Shown piece after piece: positions 50,952 to 63,301 of a stretch of DNA of 64,000 bases. Both the position numbers and the translations under genes were made by a program. Where the stretch lies: assembly GCF_001949145.1 (NCBI RefSeq), contig NW_019091358.1, forward strand, positions 1,488,961 through 1,552,960, read 5' to 3'. A model generated the notes under the pieces. That model was not told the origin of the DNA. It ran no database searches and worked only from the letters and a program-made list of their open reading frames with translations. The number at the start of each line of letters is the position of its first letter. Within the stretch, counting starts at the first letter, position 1. The stretch comes from Acanthaster planci. Lineage: Eukaryota.

Positions 50952-53516
50952 ATGGCTCGTCGATTCGTTGAACTTGTTCTGTCGTCCATGTTTACTTTGA
51001 CTCTCGCCTTAAGGAAGGGCGAACTTCTTGACATGACATACGGCTATGACGGCAACTCTCTGGCTTATCCTGGGAACGGGTTCTTCCAACTAACTATTCG
51101 ATCACGGGGGCCGGAAGGCACTTTTCCGTGGTAAGATTGATGTGTACGAAGTTTCTCGATCAAGCTGATTGCATACATAGACCTAGGTTAAAAATCGGTA
51201 TCCCAGCTGGTGTAGGTTTAACTTGGATCATTTTATTTTCTTCTGAGAAAATGGAAGTGCAAGTCCACACTCTGTGCTAGTGCTGAATTCAACCAGCAAG
51301 TTTAGGAATGCTACCTTGCAAGTTGCAGGTTGTAAAACAGTTGATGAAACATGGTGTGTACATTTTTAGTAAATGACTATGTATATACAAAAACAGCATA
51401 TGAATTTTATAGACCAGAAACTGATCGGAGATCCGAAAACTACAGATAGCATGATTGTCTAATCTACTGCAACAAACTTACTTGCGAACGCTTGAGAAAT
51501 TCGGCTCAAACTATTGAGCTGAGTTCGGGCGGCTTGCTCTCTAGTCTCATGTTCACGAACAGCTCGGTTTGGTGGTCGAACGCCATGAACGTTGATGTAC
51601 AACGTACAACCGGTTATCGCTGGTAGTGACAAGCAACATGTGCAACATGGCGCGTCCGTGTACTGTACGTTATTTGAGAGTTAATGTTTGGATAAATGGG
51701 TTGAATTCTTTCTGTTTAAACAGGAACATTCATTTCTGTGTTATGGAAAATGATGTTACTCTTGTAAAATTTCGTATTGTCTCTGGCTTTGAAAGCCATC
51801 ACTCTGCTTTTTGCCATGTTTGCAGCTGTTCAAAAATCAAAATCTAACGAGTTTTTCCATGTGTTCCTGTAAAACCCTGACGAGGAGGTTGTGTGTGATC
51901 CTGTTCCGAAAACAGCGTTCTTTAGTCGTGTTCCCACCGCTCGAGCGTGAGAACAAGAAACCTGTATCAAGAACAGGCCACCCGAACCTCAGTGATGATT
52001 CCATAAAGTTTACGTGTGGGGTTTTAACAACATACTTTAGTAATAAGGCCTTCAACCTAGAAAAAATGTGACGGTGTGTAAACAGTGATGTGACACGGAA
52101 TGTCTACAGTGCTAGTTCAGTGAACAGTAGCGTATACTTAGGAGCAGAGTGGTGGAGGGTTAGAGGGTTTGAAATAAAAATCAGAGTCAATATCAGGACG
52201 GCAAATAGGATACAAATAAAAACCAATCAGGAGGTTGAAAATGGGTGGTTAAAGGCAGCGAATAATGGGGGAAATATTTCGGGATGGACTTTATTTTCGT
52301 AGCTTACTCTTTTGTGTCAATTTAAACGATACCACTATAATATTCTATTGGGCAACAGGTGAACAAGACCCTGGTTGAGCCCCTGTCAGTTAAAAGTAGC
52401 GTGAATTAATCCCTATTAGATTCGATTTTTACCTTCAGTATTGCTAACAATGGTGGGTTTTTTTCTGTTGGGATCTATAACTTGATAATATCAAATTAAA
52501 AAATGAATAAATTTGGAGTTTGATTAAGCCGCTTCAGGAATCGGCTTTATTTATTTATTTAAATGCTTTGATATTATTTTTATTATTATTAGTTAGGCCT
52601 TATTTTTTCATTATACAAAAAACTGTTTTAGATTTTCATCAAAGCGTAAGTCTGAATTGGTTTGCTTTTCTGTATGCTTCTTGACGGGATAGCCTTAGTC
52701 GGGAAAGAAGGGGTGTTCTTATCTATTGCCTGATAACTATAAGGATTGAACCATGATGTTGTGTAAAGATCGATGGGGAGAGTAACATTCTGTAATGCGT
52801 TCGTTTTTGCAACTTCTTGCTCCAGGTTGGAGGATAACGTAATTTGTACACCAGAACACATCGGCACCCATATCGATGCTCCGGCTCACTTTGCACAAGG
52901 CAAGATGCGCGTTGATGACATACCACTTGACCAGTTGGTGCGTCCGGCCATCCGAGTCGACATCTCCGAAAAAGCGAAAATGGACCGAAATTATTCCATG
53001 ACGGTCAAGGATCTACAGGACTGGGAGGACGTCCACGGCAGGATTCCAGACGGCTGTCTTCTCCTTGTCTATACCGGTTGGGGAGTTTTCTACCCGGATC
53101 GGCTGGCCTACTTGGGCACGACGCGCAACGACACCTTCCTCGATGAACAAGGAAGGTCACTCGTCTATTCTCCTGGCGTGGCGCCGGAAGCTGCCACGTG
53201 GTTGGTAGCAAATCGTAAACTGTCGGGTATTGGCATCGACGCAGCAAACATCGACTACGGACAGAACGCTCTCGTCACCAGCCATCAGATTTTATTGGGC
53301 GCTAACATCTACGTTCTGGAGAACGTGGCTAACCTGGATCAACTCCCAAATACGGGAGCCAAGGTTTATGCTCTCCCTATGAAAATTATAGACGGGAGTG
53401 GGGCGCCAATACGCATCATGGCGATGTTGGATGAGGGAAATACCTCAAGTGTGGTGATGCCTTTTACTACATTTACTATTTACGGAGTATTTCTTGCCGG
53501 TTTTGTTTTTCAGTAA
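50952..53516 (+). CDS. Cyclase-family metallohydrolase paralog 4; exons 50952-51130 and 52826-53516, ~289 aa
   Basis: Exon 1 MARRFVELVLSSMFTLTLALRKGELLDMTY...GTFPW ends TG|gtaaga. Acceptor ctccag|G at 52825, then LEDNVICTPEHIGTHIDAPAH...ENVANL...GSGAPIR and a hydrophobic tail. Confidence 0.92.
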
Positions 53517-56500
53517 ATAATGTTTGTTGAATATCTGAAATATCCGAAAATACTTGTGGGGTTGATTTACTTATTTACTTTAGTGAATGATGTTTCTATT
53601 TCATGTTTCTTAACGATAATGGAAGAGTATCAGGAATTTTAAGTCCATTGTAGTCATTAATTTTCGTGCCATCGTATAATCTTTATTATAAAAGGCGAAT
53701 ATTATAATCCAGATGTCTGTATAGGGCGTTGCCATGTGTACTAATTGCAAAATATGAAATTTAAACACGTTTGCATTTGTGCAGATGAATTACTTTATTT
53801 GCTTTTTCTATTATTTAGTATCGATTTGTGTTTTAATTTACATAAAAAAGATGAACTATAGCAAGAACAATTGTGTGCTTTAATATGACCAAATCAAATG
53901 TATTACAGATATGACTTTGCCCCTTTCGATGAAAACTGACAAAATAAAACGAAATGTTCCTTAAGTTAATATAACGACTCTGTACAATGATTAAGAAGTA
54001 TCCACAGGATATAAATAAAAATATAAGCAACATGAGCAGAGGAAAGGAAAATGGAATTGATAAGAGTGCAGAATACATGTAGAGTGTTTTAGTTCGAACT
54101 TATATGTACACTATCCTAGCAGTATAATATTCCTATCGTTTTTTGTATTAATAATAATAATAATTAGTAGTAGTAGTAGTAGTATTCTTACAACCCAGCA
54201 TTCCAAAACCAGGCAGAACAATATCGACTGGAAAATAATACCAATATGCCACGGTTTCCAAATTACCAGTGCCCCCGTGTATCCCCCCCCACCACTAAAA
54301 AAACGATGAATGAATCTTTAACAAGGCTAAAAAAACTTTCCCACAAAACCACTCCACTGAAAGCTGGTGCCCTATCCTAGAAGATGCTGGTGCCCATTAG
54401 TATTCCCTCCCCAGTAAAATCCTAGCTGCGCCACTGCCCCGTAGCTGGCGGAGATGCTTGTGACAAATTATCTCCAGCTGTTAGTTAACCTCACTTGCGC
54501 CCCGGTGGCCAAAAACTTCTCACTCCCTGTCTTGAAAGTCTCAAGTCCTATGCTTTTCTTGGATGGGCTGTGATTTTGCATGTATATTCAAATGGCTCGT
54601 CGACTCCCTGGAGTCGTCCTGATGTCCATGCGCACTGTTGTGGTGGTGGTGGTTCAGGGTAGCGCTTCTGGACAAGTCACGCATGCTGCTATGACGAACT
54701 TGACCCTCTCGCTTAATATCCAAGAAATTGATTCTTATTAGGCTTCAGCCCGGGGGGAGGGGAAGCACTTCCCCCTCGTTTTCAGAACCACACATACTCA
54801 CATAAAAGAGTTATCCTTGCATGGTGCTACCCCCAATCCTCTATAATTAACTTTCTACCTTCAACATGAAAAGCTTTAAAGCTCATTTGGCTTAAGTTTA
54901 TGTCCATAAACTATAGGTTTTTCCCGGCCAATTTCGGAAAATGCGCCATTTAATTTGTGAAATAAACATTCAATTTGGCGTAGATTTTGAACGCGACTTA
55001 TAACTGGTTTTTATTTTCGCAATAACAAACATACAGCTTCGTTTGGCATTCTTTAAATAAATTTGTGTGCATTACGTTTTATTTAAGTGGTTATAAAAAG
55101 TGATTGGGATTTCGGTTTGACGTATTCGTTACCAACTGTAACAACTGTGTATTCTTATTCGCCAAAAATACGTCTTGAACTGTGAATCTTTGGATTTAGT
55201 GTTGATTTTTATTTGCTGTAATTCAAATTCGCAAAAATAGGCTATACGTTCAATTTGGTTAGAAGATACTTCTTCACCTGAAAGAGAAATATCGTTTAAC
55301 AATTGACCTGGCAATTCTGAAAATGTAAAATATATGATGACTTGTGAAAGTCGGTATACTTTGATCTCACACGCAAGTGAAAATGCATAAAGTTATCTTG
55401 TGGTGATCTTCAAGTAAAAAACTAAAATTGAAACGGGGAGCAGATGTACAGGAACATACCCGTCACGGTGACAAGAACTGCGGTTAGTAGACCAGCTTAA
55501 CTACATCCAGAACCCATTGGCCGAAGGTAAGTATCATTGTAATGACCTTTAACTTTACTGCCCACGTGAGCAGAAGGAAGGTCACAAGTTCATAAGTTCA
55601 GAGTAGCCAATAAGCCATCATAAATCCAATTCCGAGTTTCAAGCAATTGGTCGTAAATTCTATAAGCCCAGCCTTGACCTGTATTCATGATGAAACCACT
55701 TAAATAGCAGTCAACTGACCGTCACCAAGTCCTTCTTTCACTGTGCACACGCATGATCACTACCCCAACCCCAGCTTTGGACCATAGTAGTATTTGTACA
55801 AAAACAATACGTGCCTGAGTGCTGTCGTGTTTAGAGTCTGGTATAACCATGGAGGAAGAACACAGAAGGAGCTTACAACTCTGGCACATCAAAATGCTCG
55901 GGTGATCATCGCCGCCCGATCAGACGAACAATAGTGAACATTCCCAAAAATGCCTGATTACTACCTGCAGCTTAGCCGGACAAGTGGGGCCAGTAATATC
56001 CCAGCAATATTTGTGGAATTCTCTTTGCAATTAACTGCAACTTGTCGCAGTGACCGGGAAATAAAAAGAAAATGTTAGATTTACTTTTGCCGTCGTGAAT
56101 AAATTATTTTAAGAGATTTTGATGCACTTTTCCATTATCCATGCAATGTTTGTAATCTCATTTTGTCACTCCAAAACATCAGTTTTCAAAACAGTCTTTC
56201 TACGACTTGGGTAAGACTGGCTAACAACATGTTAACCACCACAGGACAGTTAAGTTCACGAAAAACAAAATGCGCTGTTTCATCACAAGGAGTGATCATG
56301 AAATCTCATAAAATACCTTTTTGTATAAATTCAGTAATTCCAATAAAGCACAAGATCCTTTTAACAACTTGGCTATTTATTCCCCAAATAAGTCGAGAAG
56401 AAAGCGTTTGATAAGGGCAATAACAGCACATAAACACTTGCGGTACACAGCCTAATACAAGCAACTGATCAAGCATTAAATTTGATGTTGTTGTCAGATC

Positions 56501-58095
56501 ATACCAAGCACCAACGATGTATGAATATTCAACTTCCTATACTGCACTACACAACGTTTTAAAGTGCAGATTACCAGCGAAAAATTGCGGCGATGACATG
56601 GGGTACAAAGAGTGCTTATGGTTGTTCAACAGGTGATGCGTAGCAAGCATTCGCTGCGCTCTGGCTATGAACATACCGGGCATGCCAGAAAGCAGTAATT
56701 GGCCAGATGTGGTAGCCTGGGCAATTCAAGTTCCTTCTGTGTCCTTCGTCCACGCATGGTATAACCCTATATACCTTAAAAACTCTAAAACCTCCTTTCC
56801 ACTCCGATTTCAAGTTTGCCCTTTTGTACCGGCAAGGTTGATTTACATATTCAAACAGGCGAAATGCCTTGCATGCCATGCCTAGTGACTGTGAGCCTAG
56901 AATGCCGCGACTTTCTGCTCTGATGGGTTTTGCACTGCACTAATTCAAGCACCTCTGAAAGTGTACATTCAACCATGATTCAACCAAATGCAGGGCTCAG
57001 CAACATGCAAGCCAACATTACTGGTGTTTTTCAACTTAAAACAGTTATATTGTCTTCTTCTTAATCTTTCCGTTTCTGTCCGGTGCGTTAGCCAATTTGA
57101 TTTCTGGTTATTCGCACACTTGAATATTCACCCCTACTATACTTGCATGCCACCATTTTTCAAATGGCATCCCTCTACTTATACTGTAATACGCACTTAT
57201 GTCCATAATTTCAACTGCACTTTCAACTCTGCCCTCTAATGGAACACCCCCCCCATTTTAAGGCTTAACAAAATCCTTTTTCAAAAGAAACTGCGGCAAC
57301 ACTTTTTTTGGCTAATGAGCTTAGGCAAAAATTGACACTTGAATAAGTACACTGCACCCTATTACATCATACGTTGAGACTGGATTCGGAACAGTGATCA
57401 AATGAGGGCGCCCTGTGTGTTGGCGCTAGGGGTGCAGTGTCCCAATTCAAGGAAAATTCTCCGTCAGGCCGAGGCGCAGAAAAAGTACCCCCAGAGATTG
57501 TTTCAAAAAGAGGGGTCTGTTTGGGCCAAGAAATGGTGGAATTGTGTCAGTATGGCCCAGGATCATCTCTGTAGATTCAGGGGCACCCATCTGGGGGCAA
57601 AGCAGACACAAATGGGATTGAAAATTAGTCAGAAGAGCCCCAAGAAGGTGAGGGATGTCATTTGAAAAATGGCCGCTGGGAGGGCTTGGCAACATTCACT
57701 TTTTTGGGGGTGAGTTTGTTTTGGGCGGAAAATTAAAAAAATTATTGGTTAACCTACTAAAAATTGAAAATAAAATGAAACCTGAAGGACCAAACAACAC
57801 ATTGTTTTTTGTTTGAGAGGCCCCAGGGACTTCAGTTGCCTGCCATGGGGCTTCAAACTTGGTTGTTTTTACACTATTTTCAATGATGCATGAGGTTTTG
57901 TACGTGCATGATTTGTGTACTGTACTTGTACATGTACATGTCGTAAAACGCGTAAAACACAACAGCTGGTGGCCAGTTTCTGGGTCAACACGCTTCATGA
58001 ATCATGCATGATTCATGGCAACTTAGCCCAATCAGACGGTTTTATTATGCACCATAGAGAATATGTGGTACGTTAAAAAATCGCCGGCGGCGATT

Positions 58096-58235
58096 GCTGT
58101 GTTTGTGTTACTGCAAAGCGACTGGACAGGAGCAGGAGACTAGGCGAGTGGCGCAGCTCGTGGCTAGCTAGGCTGGCTGCGCCACTCGTGCATGTGCTCC
58201 GGTCCAGCCGCTTTGCAGTTACACATAAACACAGC
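58096..58235. other. 140-nt long imperfect hairpin / palindrome
   Basis: GCTGTGTTT...ACTGCAAAGCGACTGGACAGGAGCA pairs with TGCTCCGGTCCAGCCGCTTTGCAGT...AAACACAGC. The inner CGAGTGGCGCAGC pairs perfectly with GCTGCGCCACTCG. Confidence 0.75.
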
Positions 58236-58969
58236 TGCAAAGGCCTTGTTGAAAGGCTAGCGCGTGATATGCATTATGTACATTACATACTGCATAATTC
58301 ATGTTTCGCTGGACGCCCGCTATTATGATCGGTGGAGCAACTGTGATGTAAGTATAAATTATCATAATTGTACCGTTTTCCGGTTGCGATAGTGTTTCTA
58401 CCCGTGTGCTTGCGTTGTGATGATGGGCATTGTGTATCGACGGCCGACATACGTGCATACATGTACACTGTACTTTATAAAAACAGGCCATGGTATTGTG
58501 AAACTTGTGACAAGTTGCGTGTGACTGTCTTGAAAACATCTCGAAAAAGGTATTGACTAGACTAATAACTCTGTAAGGGCTAAGGTTTTATATCTGATAT
58601 TTTGGACATTATTTGCCTTTACATTTGGGCGATGGTCAAGGCCCGGGAGTGGGCTTTCTAATCTTAATATGGTCCATGTATGAACTTCTGAGGCACTTCT
58701 TATTGTCCAGTTTCCTGTCTATGTGCGTGCTTTGCCCTTCTCCAGTCAAGTCATAGGCCTACCATGGAGCTATAAAACAGGACGTTTTACAGGGGAAAGG
58801 CACATAGGGCTTATATAAATACAAAAACGGCTGTTCCATGTCAAGACATATGTAATACACAGACTGAGCGACAAGTCACTACATCATGTACCAATGCAAT
58901 GGGCCCTTCCAAAAATTTGGCAGCACTTTAGATGTCTTGACATGGAAGAACTGTCGAAACGATGAGGGA

Positions 58970-59082
58970 TCAAGTGACGTAATGTTCAACGACCTTATTT
59001 TAAAGATGGCGACTGTGAGAGCGAGCCTGTTAGATTGAATGGATAAAGGCAAAAAGACTGAAAATACCTGAATAACGTGAGT
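58970..59082 (+). promoter_or_regulatory. Probable EDC3 promoter / first non-coding exon
   Basis: CRE-like GTGACGTAA followed by YY1-type AAGATGGCG (59003-59011), then a consensus donor C|GTGAGT at 59077. Candidate acceptors (ttcag 60628, ctaccag 60640) precede the EDC3 ATG. Confidence 0.45.
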
Positions 59083-60689
59083 GAAATCATTCAATAAATG
59101 GTTTGTAGAAAGTGGAAAGGTTAAGAATCATGTTCGTGTGCAAAAGAAATTGCGCCGACGATGATAAGTGGGTGCGCCGAAATGTTCAATACGCCGACAC
59201 GAAATTGCGCATACGGATGTGTGGCTAAGGATGGATCGGGAGTGAGAGTCCGCGCCACATTAGTGGGGCTAGACTAAAATATGAGTTCAATGTTAAAAAT
59301 AGTTTCAATTTTTCATGAGCATGAGGGGACAGATTCTATTCCATGAGGTGAAGTCAAGTGAAATGGAACACTCAATCTGTCACCAAATGAAATTATCCGC
59401 CCCAAGCGGAACAAAAGGGGACGTGTACTGTTTCTTTGGGTACTCATCGCACAGGCGCACCATCAGGTGGGCAAACTGTGTGTTTGACATGGAGCACGCT
59501 GAGTACTCGTAACTAATTTACTCTGGCATGTGTGGTCTTTTCGTACACGCGAAATGTGTGCAAGAACCCATTTGTAACCACCTAGTCTTTCTTTTCGCTT
59601 ACTGGGGGTGCACTTCCATGCATGCTTCGGTGACGTTATGAGCAGATAGGCCTACTGCAGAAATATTCTGAATAAAATTCCATAATTCTGACTGACTCCC
59701 TTGAAATGCAATGCTCGTTTGTCATTCAAACTCAGAAGGCGTAAAATGCATTGTTTGTTTGTGATTCAAACCCATAATGCACTGCTAATAACGAAATGGG
59801 TTTTTTGGGGCTAATGGTGGAAGCAAATCATACAAGAAGATTGATAGTTTGTACAGGGATCACAATCAAGGGAACATGCTATCAACTGATAGTGCCCAAC
59901 ACAATATAGAAGGGAAACAAATGTGTGATTGTCTACTACTGCCACTTTGCTGTCCCTTGTACTGCACATAACATTAGGCCTGCTTCATCCCAGCGCTATT
60001 GGCTCCTTGTTCTGTCTGTCAGAGCAGAAGGAGTCTAGGCCTACGTGTATCCCCATAGTCCCAAGGGCAAATGGTGGATTGTTAGTGTTAGGTCTGAGTC
60101 TTAAATTTTGGTTATTTTTCTCAACCCATTTAATTGTTTTCTGTGTTCCTTGCCTTCTTCCATGGGAGGGGGTTTTGTTTCCTTTTTGCTTTATATTATT
60201 TTCAACATTTTATTTGTTTCTAATGTTAACATTATTCTCAGTGCATATACATCATTCCTAGCAAGAAAGAGGAAAAAATGTAGGGATGGGAATCAGTCTA
60301 ACATTGCACGGTACTATCATTGGGTGCCACTTCAGACATGAATCTGTTTTGCAAAATGGTAGATGTACATTGTAAATACAGGAGGAGCATTTGTTTTACC
60401 AGAAGAGGATTTATGCAGGTATTGTGTAAAACAAATTTATGGATGTTTTCCATTCACGCAGTGGTAAGAACAATTTCATGGGGTGACAGATGAAATGTTC
60501 CCTTCCATGAGGCTTCACCTGTTTTGTAAAATAAATAACGAATGTATATTGTATATTATTTCTTACTGTATATCATGTGCTGTGTACAGTGTCTCTCCTT
60601 GAACTAACACTAAGTTATACTCCTTCAGTTTTTCTACCAGACCCACATTATACTGTAAACCAACTACCCAGTGCCTGGACCAGAGCAGA

Positions 60690-63301
60690 ATGGACCAGAC
60701 CAGCTTCGTTGGGTGCCTCCTGTCTGTAGACTGCGGTGACTACCTGGGCACATTCCAGGGAGAAGTGACACTTGTCAACAAGGACCAACAGACTATCTCC
60801 CTCAGGAGGCCCTACAGGAATGGCGTCAAGTTTGACACCCCAGAAATCACCATTCGGTTTGTGGAAAAGAATCTACCGTAACAAGTGCCAATCAAACTTC
60901 AGTTTCTCACTCGTCCAGGTTATGGAATGTTGTCCATGAGAATACTGTAGGAATCAAAAGGCCTGAGAAGTGTTGGCGGACATCTATCATGCACATTTTT
61001 AGTTAGGGGTTAATTTCACAAAGCCTAATCCTACTCTCTGGGGAATGAAATATGAAAAACAGTAACTGGTTTGTATTGAAGGGTTTGAAGTCGTAATGAA
61101 AAAGGCACCCCTAAAACCCCAAATCAGAACAATAAAGCTAAACTTGTTCAACAAGACAGTACTGAACAGTTTTCAAATGTGCACATACATGTATCCATCA
61201 GCCCTCTGATGTGTCCTTATGATAAGTCATAGTTTTCATGCATTCAGAACTTTGACAGACTGGTGACCCACTATAGCAATTAGGTGCAGGTTTATCTGCC
61301 CACATTTCTAGATTTCCAAGATATAGAGAACTATTACCCACAGTACCGTGATAAAGACTCGCAACCAACAAGCTTTCTTCAGTGCTAGGTTTCGTGTAGG
61401 ATTTCCAGAACGGCCCTTCCCTCTGATGCACAGTTGAAAATTACCTGTTCTACATGACAGGACACCCTTTTTAGATTTTGTGGTTCTCATTTCTGACCAT
61501 CCTAGATTTAGGTCCAGTCCCCAGGGAAAAAAGCCTTTTAATCTACAGACCTTGCTAAGAGGACCTTGCCTTTAAAAAAAGGAAAGTAGGGTGTGATGAC
61601 CTGTTCAAAAACAGTGCTGAAATTGCACATGTGCGATACACTATGGCCTACACATCACATAGCACATGAGGGCGCTTTGCGTGACATTTTGTGTTCACCC
61701 TCTGACCCAAGCATGCGCTCACCTTTTCCAAACTTCCGGTCGTGACAGTTCTTCCAATGATACATTGGTGGCCCCAATTAAACTTCAGTTGTTTCAGTAA
61801 TAATATCTGCCATTATTCGAGAGACTCGAGAACACGAAATCACTGCACAGCAACCAGATTAAGCTTCGTGGTGTGTACGTGTATGTACATGTACGTCATG
61901 TGGACGCTTGCAACGCACAATGCGCAACGTTTGTGTGAGCCTGACCTTGCCAGGAAACCGGGTTTATGCTTTTACAGACTTGCACTGTCTGCACTGGACT
62001 TTCTGTCTTGGGAAAAGTGTCTCGGGAATTCTTCCTGGCCAGAAAAATAGTTCGCGGTACCCACTGCTTCATTTGATTCGGATCGGCCAGCCGACCCCGG
62101 CAAGCTCGGTGGTCGAGTGGTTAAGACATCTGCACTAGTAAGCAGGAGGTCGTGGGTTCGAGTCCCACCCAAGTAATCTTATGAGGTTTTTTTCACGAGC
62201 TCTTGGACAAGCACTGAGCATACAGTGCTTATTAATATACGTTGGGTAAGGGCAAAACCTGTTATATATAATTCCTGGCCAGAAGTTGGCCGGTAAAATT
62301 TCCTGTGCGGCTTGGGAAAAGTTACTAAGAGGAAGTCTTCCGGGGACGTCTGCACTAGACTTAAAATGGGCAAAGTGCCCATCATCTCGATAAGTTTGCC
62401 CCAAAAAGTCCAGTGCGAACAGGGCTTTAGCTATGGAAAGTTACTCTGATATTTCGTTTTAGGTTAAGAAGTTGAGGAATTTCCACCAAAAGTATTACTT
62501 TGACAAGGGCTTATTCCTTATGCAGTATAGACCTAGCAGCTACAAGTGGTTAAAGATACAGTTCTCAAAAAAAGTTAGGGACCACTTTTTTCTTGTAATT
62601 TTTTCCAAGCAATGAGTGGAGTCTAGTTCTTTCATTTTTGTTTGTCTAAATGATGCTCTCATTACAATAAAAACATTTTTTTTAATGTTTCAAAGCATCA
62701 AATGCACGTTTTCAGCAGTAAAATATCTCATATAAAAAAGTATATACAGAATAGAAAAAGGTCCTTAACGTTTTTTGAGTAGTGTATTTCAACAGACTTT
62801 GAAGTTATCTGTTTGTAAGTACATGTACAACAGAATTTTGATGTTACCTGTTTGTAAATACAACAGAGTTTTAGCCTTGTCTTTTGTCTTGTTGCAGGGC
62901 TGTAGACATAAGAGATTTGAAAATCCTGAAATCCTTTGATGAGCATGGGACAGCCTCAGCGGAGAGACACGACTTGAGCGAAATGTCCCAGAATGCAACC
63001 CTTCACAATGGAACCAGCAACGTACCCAACAACAGCACAACGAACAGCAAACACACAGTGCAGAACAGTGGCGGGCAGAGGATGTCTCGGAAACAGGACC
63101 ATCAGCCTGGCAATGCCAATGGCAAGACACCAACCAAGCAGCGTGCCGATGGGTCGGATGGTGACAGAACAGCACTGCACCTAGGCACGTTGCACTCGGC
63201 ATTCCAGAGGGTGCAAAGGGACGATGGGAAGGGTCAGGGGTTGGAGGAGGAGAGGGAAGCAGTGGATTCCGAGAAGGGGAGAAAGCAGAAATACCACTCA
63301 G
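60690..63301 (+). CDS. EDC3: Enhancer of mRNA-decapping protein 3 (5' part; coding exons 60690-60856 and 62898-63301, gene continues beyond the window)
   Basis: MDQTSFVGCLLSVDCGDYLGTFQGEVTLVNKDQQTISLRRPYRNGVKFDTPEITIR|AVDIRDLKILKS matches the EDC3 N-terminal LSm domain as I recall it (G..VSI.CG..LG.YQG.V..V....QTISL..P..NG....F.A.DI..LKI). Splice CG|gtttgt...ttgcag|G keeps the frame. A low-complexity linker follows and ends at G|gtagg. Confidence 0.85.
62104..62265 (+). mobile_element. tRNA-derived SINE (tRNA-Thr(AGT)-like head) in an EDC3 intron, nested in a TIR element (~61981-62425)
   Basis: Pol III box A TGGTCGAGTGG and box B GGTTCGAGTCC. The cloverleaf is imperfect (acceptor mismatch, extra base in the anticodon arm CTAGTAA) and is followed by a non-tRNA body. 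Flanking inverted ends CTGT..GCACTGGACTTT / AAAGTCCAGTGCGAACAG. Confidence 0.75.

Noticed and set aside
17662..53516. Gene symbol AFMID/kynB, or bacterial contamination
   Set aside because: AFMID is a different fold and orthology to bacterial kynB is not demonstrable here. Spliceosomal introns and linkage to EDC3 show these are host genes.
56400..56950. Possible decayed coding sequence (e.g. recombinase)
   Set aside because: No convincing catalytic motifs in any frame.
62104..62176. Functional tRNA gene
   Set aside because: Acceptor-stem mismatch, irregular anticodon arm and continuation into a SINE-like body; better explained as a SINE head.
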